A DNA stretch of 14,961 bases from Candidatus Methylomirabilia bacterium (GCA_046758965.1 JBHIBG010000065.1:1-14961), one strand, 5' to 3'. Counted from the stretch's first letter, positions 1-7,501 are shown. Numbers and translations are program-made. The notes: a model not told the origin generated them from the sequence alone.

Positions 1-1181
1 CGATCATGTACTGCTTCATTATCATGGCGCTGATCTCGGTCCAGTGGGTCCTCTGGGGGTACAGCCTGGCGTTCGGTCCAGACAAAGGCGGGATCGTCGG
101 AGGGCTCGAGTGGATCGGGCTGTCGGGGGTCGGCCTCGAGGCCGGGCCTTACAGTGACACGATCCCCCACCAGGCTTTCATGTTCTTCCAGATGATGTTC
201 GCGATCATCACCCCCGCCTTGATCACCGGCGCCTTCGCCGAACGGATGAAGTTTTCCACTTTTATCGTCTTCATCGTGGTCTGGGCCACGCTGGTCTACG
301 ATCCCCTGGCCCACTGGGTGTGGGGGCAGGGGGGGTGGCTCGGGAACCTTGGCGCCCTTGACTTCGCCGGAGGCACCGTGGTGCACATCTCCTCGGGCGT
401 CTCTGCCCTGGCGGCGGCGCTGGTCATCGGCAAGCGGAAAGGATTCGGCACCCAGCCCATGCCCCCGCACAACCTCCCGTTCACGGTGGTCGGGGCCGCA
501 CTCCTCTGGTTCGGCTGGTTCGGGTTCAACGCCGGGAGCGCGCTTGCGGCCGACGGGCTCGCGGCGAGCGCTTTTACGGCGACGAACACCGCTACCGCCG
601 CGGCGGTGCTGGGCTGGATGTTTACCGAGTGGGTTACGCGGGGCAAGCCCACGGTTCTCGGTGCTGCCTCCGGGGCCGTGGCCGGGCTGGTGGCAATTAC
701 CCCGGCAGCAGGCTTTGTGGGGCCGCTGGCCTCGGTCGTGATCGGGGCGATCGCGGGCTTCCTCTGCTACTACGCCTGCAACCTGAAGACAAAGCTCGGC
801 TACGACGACTCCCTGGACGTGGTCGGGGTGCACGCGGTTGGAGGCACCTGGGGAGCCCTGGCCACCGGGCTCTTCGCCAGCCCGGCCATCAACGAGGCTG
901 GAGCTGGACTCTTCTTCGGCAATCCCGGTCAGCTCGGGAAGCAGCTCGTCGCGGTCGTGGCGACGTGGGTGCTCGCCTTCGTGGCCACCTTCGTGATCCT
1001 GAAGGTGCTGGATGCCCTCATGGGCCTCCGGGTCTCCGACGAGGACGAGATGGCGGGGCTCGACCTCTCCCAGCACTCCGAGACCGCCTATGCTCTGGGA
1101 GGCGGGACGTACGGGGAGTTCGCCTCCGGCACCGGCGCCTTTGCCGAGGCTCAGAAAGCCCCGACCAGGACTCAGGCTTGA
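1..1181 (+). CDS. amtB: Ammonium transporter (Amt family), 5'-truncated by the window edge
   Basis: The frame is open from the window start (..ATC ATG TAC), so the ATG at 6 is probably internal. Amt motifs: FQMMFAIITPALITGA.AERMKF, HWVWG, LDFAGGTVVH, LLWFGWFGFNAGS, GAVAGLVAITPAAG, DDSLDVVGVH (both twin His present), GLD..QHSE.AY. Stop TGA 1179-1181. Confidence 0.97.
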   Translation, partial: IMYCFIIMALISVQWVLWGYSLAFGPDKGGIVGGLEWIGLSGVGLEAGPYSDTIPHQAFMFFQMMFAIITPALITGAFAERMKFSTFIVFIVVWATLVYDPLAHWVWGQGGWLGNLGALDFAGGTVVHISSGVSALAAALVIGKRKGFGTQPMPPHNLPFTVVGAALLWFGWFGFNAGSALAADGLAASAFTATNTATAAAVLGWMFTEWVTRGKPTVLGAASGAVAGLVAITPAAGFVGPLASVVIGAIAGFLCYYACNLKTKLGYDDSLDVVGVHAVGGTWGALATGLFASPAINEAGAGLFFGNPGQLGKQLVAVVATWVLAFVATFVILKVLDALMGLRVSDEDEMAGLDLSQHSETAYALGGGTYGEFASGTGAFAEAQKAPTRTQA

Positions 1182-1331
1182 TTTTCGATTCTGAGTGTGG
1201 CTATCTGTGGGGGGCCCAGGCGTGGACAAGCCGGGCGCCGCCCCATCTGAGTTCCTGCCGGGTCTCTCGTTGACCGTCGACTTTGGGGCCGCGGGCATTG
1301 CCCTGGCCCTCTGGGTGAGAGGAGGCATGGT

Positions 1332-2756
1332 ATGACCCCCAAGGAAGTTATCAAGTTTGCGAAAGAGAAAGGTGCCAGGATCGTGGATCTCCGGTTCATC
1401 GACGTGCCGGGCCTCTGGCAGCACTTCTCGATCCCGGTGGGTGAGTTGAGCGAGGAGTTGTTCGACGAGGGGATCGGCTTCGACGGCTCATCCATTCGCG
1501 GCTTCCAGACCATCGACGAGTCCGACATGCTCCTGATACCGGACCCGGACAGCGCCGTCATGGATCCCTTCACCGCTGTCCCCACCCTGGTCTTGATCTG
1601 CAACATCAAGGATCCCGTGACCGGCAAGATCTACAGCCGGGACCCGCGGTACGTGGCTCAGAAGGCGGAAGCCTACTTGAGGAAGACCGGCATCGGCGAC
1701 ACTGTTTACTGCGGACCGGAGCTCGAGTTTTTCTTCCTGGATGAGGTCCGCTTCGACCAGAGCTACAACTTCGGCTTTTACTACGTCGACTCGGTGGCCG
1801 GCTTCTGGAACTCGGGCAAGGAGGGGACCCCTGACCGGCCCAATCTCGGCTACAAGCCTCGCTACAAGCAGGGGTATTTCCCCGTCCCGCCCATGGACAA
1901 GTTCCAGGACATCCGTTCCGACATGGTGCTGACGCTGGAGAGCGTGGGCGTACGGGTGGAGGTGCACCATCACGAGGTGGGCACCGCCGGGCAAACCGAG
2001 GTGGACATGCGCTTCACCACGCTGACCAAGATGGCCGATAACGTGCTGTGGTACAAGTATTGCGCCAAGAACACCGCGCTGAAACACGGCAAGACAGCCA
2101 CCTTCATGCCCAAGCCGATTTTCCAGGACAACGGCTCCGGCATGCACACCCACCAGTCGGTCTGGAAGAACGGAAAGAATGTCTTCTACGAGCGGGGCGG
2201 GTACGCCGATGTCTCAAAGACCTGCCTCTACTACATCGGCGGTATTCTCAAGCACGCCTCGGCGCTCTGCGGTCTCGTTGCGCCGACCACGAACTCCTAC
2301 CGGCGGCTGGTCCCCGGCTATGAGGCGCCCATCAATCTGGCCTACAGCCAGCGCAACCGGTCGGCCTGCGTCCGCATCCCGGTCTACTCCCGTTCGGAGA
2401 AGACCAAGCGGATCGAGTTCCGCACGCCGGACAACTCCTGTAACCCGTACCTCTCGTTCGCGGCGTGCCTCATGGCCGGGCTCGACGGCATTGCCAACAA
2501 GATCGACCCCGGCAAGCCCATCGACAAGGACCTCTACGAGCTGCCACCGGCGGAGGCCAAGAAGGTCAAGCAGCTTCCGGGCTCCCTGGGTGAGGTGCTG
2601 GACGCGCTGGAGAAGGATCACGATTTCCTCCTCAAGGGCGATGTCTTCACCCCCGACCTGATCGAGACGTGGATCGAGTACAAGCGGAAGAACGAGCTGG
2701 ATGCCATTCGCCTGCGCCCACACCCGTGGGAGTTCGCCATGTACTTCGATATTTGA
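1332..2756 (+). CDS. glnA: Glutamine synthetase type I (GSI-beta, with adenylylation-site Tyr)
   Basis: 474 aa with [28 protein letters not shown]...[37 protein letters not shown]...NPYL and DKDLYELPP (adenylylation motif). RBS GAGGAGG 1319-1325, 6 nt before the ATG. Confidence 0.98.
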   Translation: MTPKEVIKFAKEKGARIVDLRFIDVPGLWQHFSIPVGELSEELFDEGIGFDGSSIRGFQTIDESDMLLIPDPDSAVMDPFTAVPTLVLICNIKDPVTGKIYSRDPRYVAQKAEAYLRKTGIGDTVYCGPELEFFFLDEVRFDQSYNFGFYYVDSVAGFWNSGKEGTPDRPNLGYKPRYKQGYFPVPPMDKFQDIRSDMVLTLESVGVRVEVHHHEVGTAGQTEVDMRFTTLTKMADNVLWYKYCAKNTALKHGKTATFMPKPIFQDNGSGMHTHQSVWKNGKNVFYERGGYADVSKTCLYYIGGILKHASALCGLVAPTTNSYRRLVPGYEAPINLAYSQRNRSACVRIPVYSRSEKTKRIEFRTPDNSCNPYLSFAACLMAGLDGIANKIDPGKPIDKDLYELPPAEAKKVKQLPGSLGEVLDALEKDHDFLLKGDVFTPDLIETWIEYKRKNELDAIRLRPHPWEFAMYFDI

Positions 2757-2778
2757 GGAGAGCGATTATGCGCCCGCT

Positions 2779-2831
2779 CAGGGCGGGGCGGCCCTGTAGC
2801 CCGCGGCCCCCGGTTCGCTACCGTGGGCCGT
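2779..2831 (+). terminator. Tandem GC-rich hairpins downstream of glnA (possible terminator)
   Basis: CAGGGC/GCCCTG (2779-2796) and CGGCCC-C-CGGT/ACCG-T-GGGCCG (2804-2830). Only a weak T-containing tail (TGCTGTCTGT) follows. Confidence 0.45.
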
Positions 2832-2894
2832 GCTGTCTGTCCCAATCCCTTGCGTCTCCGTACTTCTTCTCGCGGCCATTGCCCGCTCGGCTCT

Positions 2895-2911
2895 CTGGCT
2901 TATCCCTTGCA
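2895..2911 (+). promoter_or_regulatory. Putative sigma54 (RpoN) -24/-12 promoter
   Basis: CTGGCTTATCCCTTGCA is TGGC-N7-TTGCA with exact GG/GC spacing. It is intergenic and points toward the mutase locus. Confidence 0.55.
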
Positions 2912-3067
2912 GCTGACCGGGGCTTCGCGATCCCTCGGTGACATCGCGCGAGAGCCGTGCTCTTGAGCCGATGTGAGCCATCGGATATGGTTGATGCGGC
3001 CTTCCGGAGCGGGAGGCGTCTAGGAGTGGGACCTGGCGCTCGTGCCGGGCGCCATGGAGGTGTCCCG

Positions 3068-3435
3068 ATGACGGCCACGACCGCGGCGCCAAGATCATCG
3101 CCCGCTGGCTCAGGGATGCGGGGATGGAGGTGATCTACACCGGGCTCCACCGCACCCCCGAGGAGGTTGTCACAACTGCGGTCCGGGAGGACGTGGAGAT
3201 CCCGGGAGTCAGCATTCTTTCGGGTGCGCACACGGCGCTCTTGCCACGCGTGATCGAGCTGCTGCGAGCGGCTGAGGCCAGCGATATCGTCCTCCTCGCC
3301 GGGGGCGTCATCCGTGACGAGGATATGCCGTCGCTGCTGAAGGTGGGGGTTCGCAACGTGATGCTCCAGGAAACTCCCCCCGAGGCGGTTGTCACGCGCT
3401 TGCGCGAGCTGGTCGCCTCCCGGAGGGCCCGATGA
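3068..3435 (+). pseudogene. hcmB: Cobalamin-binding small subunit of an acyl-CoA mutase (HcmB-like); 5' deletion puts the start codon out of frame
   Basis: The DGHDRG B12-binding motif (GAC GGC CAC GAC CGC GGC from 3070) and AKIIARWLRDAG lie upstream of the track's Met 3124 in the same frame. That frame has no ATG/GTG/TTG after TGA 2992-2994. RBS GGAGG 3056-3060 and ATG 3068 are in another frame, and the usual IRVL.AK.GL strand is missing. GLHRTPEEVV, VMLQETPP and LVASRRAR match my recollection of HcmB. Confidence 0.75.
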
Positions 3436-3510
3436 GCCACGTGCTGGCGGGATCGGCGGAGGCCTCTGCCGGCAGGCCCGGGGAGCGGCCAGGGCATGAA
3501 AGGAGTCCCT

Positions 3511-3984
3511 GTGTTTGACCGTGACGCACTCGCTCGCGCTCGAGCATTGCGCGCCGATTGGGAGGCGAAAGTGTTGCGACTGTTCCTCGAGCGCCAGCCC
3601 GACAGGGCGATCGAAGAGGGCTATATCCAGCGCGAGATCGCCGACTCGGCTTACGAGGCGGCTCGGCGGAAGGCCTCGGGCGAGAGGTGCGTGGTCGGCG
3701 TCAACAAGTTCGTTGATCCCTCCGAGCCCGCACCGCTCGAGATTTACCGGGTGGACCCCGACGTTGAGTCACGGCAGATCGCAGGGGTCAGGGAGGTCAG
3801 GCGCCAGCGGGACAACGCCCGGGTGGGAGCCCTCCTCGATCGGCTCGCGCAAGAGGCCTCCGACCGCTCGCTGAACCTCGTGCCTGTCACGATCGAGCTG
3901 GTGAAGGCCCGTGCCACGCTGGGAGAGATCGTCACCCGGCTCCGGCGAGTGTGCGGCTCGTACGCCGAGAGGCCGGTGTTCTGA
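3511..3984 (+). pseudogene. hcmA: Acyl-CoA mutase large subunit (HcmA-like) with a large in-frame internal deletion
   Basis: The N-terminal DWEAKVLRLFLERQPDR is joined directly (~3601-3607) to the C-terminal AIEEGYIQREIADSAYE...VVGVNKF...IELVKARATLGEIV...Y.ERPVF. The catalytic barrel of this ~560-aa family is absent. RBS AAAGGAG 3499-3505 favours GTG 3511 over ATG 3496. Confidence 0.8.
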
Positions 3985-5174
3985 CTTCCTTCCTCCAGGA
4001 GTTCACGCCCGGTCCTCAGAGCGTCTATATCCGCCGGCGCGTCGGGGCCGCCTTTGGTACTCTCCTCTTCGCCTGCTTGGGCCTTGGCCTCGTGCGGATC
4101 TCCGGCCTGGCGAAGGTGGAGGCGCAGCCCGGCCGGCTCCTCAGGCTTGAACCGGTCGTGACCACCGGGCTTCGGAACCCCCTGTATCTCACCCACGCCG
4201 GCGACGACAGCGGCCGGCTGTTTGTCGTTGAGCAGCCGGGACGAATCCGAATCGTCCAGAGGGGGCGGCTCCTGGCGCTCCCGTTCCTCGACATCTCCCG
4301 CCGGGTGAGCTCCGGCAATGAGCGGGGGCTGCTCGGCTTGGCGTTCCACCCTGAATACCGGCGAAACGGTCGGTATGTCATCAACTACACCCGCCTGCCT
4401 GACGGCGCCACGGTCGTGGCCGAGTACCGGGTATCGAGAGACCCGAATCTGTCGGAGATGGGAGAGAAGCCCCTTCTCGTGATCCCCCAGCCTTACGCCA
4501 ACCACAATGGCGGCATGGTGGCGTTCGGCCCTGACGGCCTCCTCTACATCGGAACGGGTGACGGGGGATCGGCCGGCGATCCCGAGAACCGGGCGCAGAA
4601 CCTCGACGAACTGCTCGGCAAGATCCTGCGCATCGATATCGACTCCGGGACACCCTACGCCATTCCGCCGGAGAACCCATTTGTGGCCGGGGGTGGACGC
4701 CCGGAGATCTTTGCCTACGGGCTCAGGAATCCATGGCGGTTCTCCCTCGACCGGGAGACCGGCGAGCTCTGGGTGGCCGATGTCGGCCAGAACAGCTGGG
4801 AGGAGATCGACATTGTGCGGCGAGGGGGCAATTACGGCTGGCGCGCTATGGAGGGCGCCCACTGCTTTTCCCCGCCCGCCCGGTGCGCAGGCCGCGGACT
4901 CCTGCCGCCGGCTGCCGAGTATGGGAACGAGGGGGTGCGCTGCTCGATTACCGGCGGCTATGTCTATCGGGGCGGCCTCATTCCCGGCCTGGTCGGCACC
5001 TACGTGTACGGCGACTACTGCAGCGGCGAGGTGTTCGGTCTCGTCCACGGCACCCCGCGCGTGCTGCTCACCACCGCTCTGAGGATCGCCTCTTTCGGGC
5101 AGGACTGGGCAGGCGAGCTGTACGTCGTGGGCCACGGGGGAACGGTGCACCGTCTGGTCGGGGCCCGCGGGTGA
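3951..5174 (+). CDS. PQQ-dependent soluble sugar dehydrogenase (GSDH/YliI-like beta-propeller), probably exported; start uncertain
   Basis: Motifs RLFVVEQPGRIR, ERGLLGLAFHP, NHNGG..AFGPDG.LYIGTGDGG, GKILRID, GLRNPWRFS.D, DVGQ...EEI, GGNYGW, SITGGYVYRG, SFGQD..GELY. A basic-then-hydrophobic segment (RRRVGAAFGTLLFACLGLGLV) looks like a signal peptide. The GTG start overlaps the upstream pseudogene by 34 nt. Confidence 0.9.
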   Translation: MRLVRREAGVLTSFLQEFTPGPQSVYIRRRVGAAFGTLLFACLGLGLVRISGLAKVEAQPGRLLRLEPVVTTGLRNPLYLTHAGDDSGRLFVVEQPGRIRIVQRGRLLALPFLDISRRVSSGNERGLLGLAFHPEYRRNGRYVINYTRLPDGATVVAEYRVSRDPNLSEMGEKPLLVIPQPYANHNGGMVAFGPDGLLYIGTGDGGSAGDPENRAQNLDELLGKILRIDIDSGTPYAIPPENPFVAGGGRPEIFAYGLRNPWRFSLDRETGELWVADVGQNSWEEIDIVRRGGNYGWRAMEGAHCFSPPARCAGRGLLPPAAEYGNEGVRCSITGGYVYRGGLIPGLVGTYVYGDYCSGEVFGLVHGTPRVLLTTALRIASFGQDWAGELYVVGHGGTVHRLVGARG

Positions 5175-5221
5175 TCAGAGAAGCGCAGCGGTTCGCTCGC
5201 GGCGAGGAATCTGCGTCGCCA

Positions 5222-5230
5222 TGCTATCAT
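5222..5230 (+). promoter_or_regulatory. Putative extended -10 promoter
   Basis: TG-C-TATCAT about 20 nt upstream of ATG 5251. Confidence 0.4.
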
Positions 5231-5250
5231 GGCGGATCAGAGGCGAGCCA

Positions 5251-6378
5251 ATGACCCTTTTCCGGCTCAAAGCTCCGCTCGACCGACTCTACCGGGAGTT
5301 CGATTGGGCTGGGCGCACCGGCAAGGACGCCATCCAGTTCCCTCTCCGCTACTCCGATCCCCGCGACCGTGAGGTCGTGGCCCTCCTGACGGCCTGCCTC
5401 TCTTACGGGCGGGTGGATCTGTTCGCCCCCTGGGTGGAGTGGATCCTGGCGCGGATGACCCCTGCGCCGGCTCGCTTCATCCTCGACTTCGACCCCGAGC
5501 AGGCTTCCGCGCGCTTTCGGGGTTTCAGGTACCGGTTCAACCGCCCTCGTGACATCGCCGCGTTCTGCCTGGCCTGCCAGCGGGTTCTGCACAGCCACGG
5601 CAGCTTGCGCGCCGCCTTCCTCTCCGGCTACTCCTCGGATGATCCGGACGTGGCTCCCGCCCTCGAGCGCTTTGTCCGCGGGTTCCGCTCCCAGGATCTC
5701 CGTCCGATCTTCCCGAAGGGGCGCCCCTCTCGCGGCTACCGCCACCTCTTCCCACTCCCCTCAACAGGCGGGCCGTGCAAACGGCTTCACCTCTTCCTCC
5801 GCTGGATGGTCCGCCGCGAGCCACCTGACTTCGGGCTCTGGCCCGAGGTGCCACCGGCCAAGCTCTTGGTCCCCGTCGACACTCACGTGGAGAACATGTG
5901 CCGGGCCATAGGGCTCACGCGGCGGAAGGGCCGGAACTGGACGATGGTCCAAGAGATCACCCGGAACCTCAAGCTGCTCGATCCGGACGATCCGGTGAAG
6001 TACGACTTCTCCCTTTGCCACAAACGCATGTCCGGGGGTTGTCGGGACCGCCGCGAGCCGGTGATCTGCGAGCCGTGCGGCCTCAGGGGCGTCTGCACGC
6101 ACTGGGTCGGGCGTGGAAAAAGGCATGGCGCGGGCCCGGCTGTGCATGAGGCGAAAACGAGTCCCGATCCGGAAATCGCCGCGTCGAGCATTGCGCGAGG
6201 CCCAGCGGGTCGCGCGGCCGGGTACCCGCGCCGAAGGCGGGGGTGCGATCCCCGCCGCCCGCAGCGGGGGTCCCCACACCGGGCGGGGGTGCGAGGACGG
6301 TGGGGGCTGATCGCCGCGACAGGACCCGCGGGCCCGTTCGGTGCCGGTGGCTGGCTTCAGGCAAGGAGGCAGCGCTGA
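5251..6378 (+). CDS. TIGR02757/DUF2400-family protein (HhH-GPD-like) with a C-terminal 4-Cys Fe-S motif; last ~85 aa probably read-through
   Basis: Motifs DREVVALL.A.LSYGRV, F.YRF, CKRLHLFLRWMVR...DFGLW, LLVPVDTHV, DP.DPVKYDF.L, then C-x8-C-x2-C-x5-C. ATG 5251 is preferred over 5221, which overlaps the putative -10. After ~6120 the sequence is low-complexity G/R/P/A. Confidence 0.85.
   Translation: MTLFRLKAPLDRLYREFDWAGRTGKDAIQFPLRYSDPRDREVVALLTACLSYGRVDLFAPWVEWILARMTPAPARFILDFDPEQASARFRGFRYRFNRPRDIAAFCLACQRVLHSHGSLRAAFLSGYSSDDPDVAPALERFVRGFRSQDLRPIFPKGRPSRGYRHLFPLPSTGGPCKRLHLFLRWMVRREPPDFGLWPEVPPAKLLVPVDTHVENMCRAIGLTRRKGRNWTMVQEITRNLKLLDPDDPVKYDFSLCHKRMSGGCRDRREPVICEPCGLRGVCTHWVGRGKRHGAGPAVHEAKTSPDPEIAASSIARGPAGRAAGYPRRRRGCDPRRPQRGSPHRAGVRGRWGLIAATGPAGPFGAGGWLQARRQR
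6205..6306. repeat. G-rich hairpin/direct-repeat element
   Basis: GGCGGGGGTGCGA at 6236-6248 and 6282-6294, with a partial GCGGGGGT at 6264-6271. Four G5 runs at 6239, 6266, 6285 and 6302. Hairpins GCGGGT/ACCCGC (6205-6229) and GGCGGGG/CCCCGCC (6236-6256). Confidence 0.5.
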
Positions 6379-7484
6379 TGGACCCGTGGGTGCTCCTCCT
6401 CTCCCTTCTACTCGTCGCAGGTCTCGCCGCAGTGGGAGTGGGGCTCCTGCGGCTTGCCGGGCAGCTCCGGGAGCTCAGGGCGGCCCGGGCCCAGCCCGAC
6501 CAGGCGCTGCTTCTGCTCCAGCAGGAGATTCAATCGGTGCGCGGAGAGAGCCGTCAGGCCCAGGCTGACACGCTGGGCGCGGTCAAGCAGGAGCTCTCGC
6601 TGTTCGCCGGCCAGATGACGACTCAAATGGGGCAGGTCGGGAGCCGGGTGAGCCAGGAGCTTCAGAACGTGACCCAGGTGGTGGGGCACGTGCAGGGGAG
6701 CCTGGGGAGACTGGGGGAGGTCACGCAACGCGTCCTGGAGGTGGGCAAGGACATCTCAGGGCTCGAGCAGATCCTGAAATCCCCGAAAGCGCGGGGCGGG
6801 GTCGGGGAGACCCTGCTGGCCGAACTCCTGGCTCAGATGCTCCCGCGCGAGCACTATGCGCTCCAGCATCGGTTCCGATCGGGGGAGGCGGTGGACGCGG
6901 TGATCAAGATCGGTGAGCGTGTGGTTCCCGTCGACGCCAAGTTCCCCCTGGAGAACTTCCGACGGATGCTAGACGAGTCCGAGGAGGAGCGGAAGCGCGC
7001 GGCCCGACGTGGCTTCCTCCGGGATGTCAAAGGGCGGGTCGATGAGATCGCCAAGAAGTACATCCTCCCCGACGAGGAGACCTTCGACTTCGCCCTCATG
7101 TACATCCCGGCCGAGAACGTCTACTACGAAATCATCGTGAAAGACGAGGCGGTCGAAGACGAATCTGCGGCGGTCTACGCCCTGGCTCGCCGGGTCATCC
7201 CGGTGTCGCCCAACAGCTTCTACGCCTACCTTCAGGTCATCATTCTCGGGCTCCGCGGGCTCCGCATCGAGGCCAACGCCCGGGTCATCCAGGACGCCCT
7301 CGTCCGCCTCCAGGGCGATGTGGGGAGGTTCCGGGAGATCTTCGATGTGGCGGGTCGTCACCTCACCAACGCCAAGAACAAGTACGAGGAGGCGTCGAGC
7401 TCGCTGGCGAGGATCGAAGCCAAGCTGGAAGGGATCGAAGGGCAGGAGGGGCGCCCCGCGCTCCCGCAATCGCCCCACGACTGA
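6378..7484 (+). CDS. rmuC: DNA recombination protein RmuC
   Basis: N-terminal TM helix and coiled coil, then K.RG..GE..L, DAVI...vPVDAKFPLE, DFALMYIPAE.VY, VIPVSPNS. RBS AAGGAGG 6363-6369 and a TGATG overlap support ATG 6378 (368 aa) rather than 6243. Confidence 0.92.
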   Translation: MDPWVLLLSLLLVAGLAAVGVGLLRLAGQLRELRAARAQPDQALLLLQQEIQSVRGESRQAQADTLGAVKQELSLFAGQMTTQMGQVGSRVSQELQNVTQVVGHVQGSLGRLGEVTQRVLEVGKDISGLEQILKSPKARGGVGETLLAELLAQMLPREHYALQHRFRSGEAVDAVIKIGERVVPVDAKFPLENFRRMLDESEEERKRAARRGFLRDVKGRVDEIAKKYILPDEETFDFALMYIPAENVYYEIIVKDEAVEDESAAVYALARRVIPVSPNSFYAYLQVIILGLRGLRIEANARVIQDALVRLQGDVGRFREIFDVAGRHLTNAKNKYEEASSSLARIEAKLEGIEGQEGRPALPQSPHD

Positions 7485-7501
7485 CTCAGGGGGAGGGACC
7501 C

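Noticed and set aside
1285..1301. sigma54 promoter before glnA (GG...TTGC)
   Set aside because: GG-to-GC spacing is off by one base, which sigma54 does not tolerate.
1268..1325. Glutamine (glnA-motif) riboswitch, suggested by CGTTGACC...CTGGGTG before glnA
   Set aside because: Lacks the GGAAGUA junction and the closing GAAG.AACG strand.
1327..1335. Mini-ORF ATG GTA TGA overlapping the glnA start
   Set aside because: Only 1 nt from the RBS, too close for efficient initiation; probably incidental.
2912..3060. Cobalamin riboswitch before the B12-binding gene
   Set aside because: No recognisable AGGGAA, CCCGCAACTGT or B12-box elements.
3744..5150. 468-aa minus-strand ORF
   Set aside because: Antisense shadow of the PQQ dehydrogenase; no motifs, and expected in high-GC DNA.
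6243..6377. N-terminal extension of RmuC from GTG 6243
   Set aside because: Low complexity; the strong RBS AAGGAGG and the TM helix point to ATG 6378.
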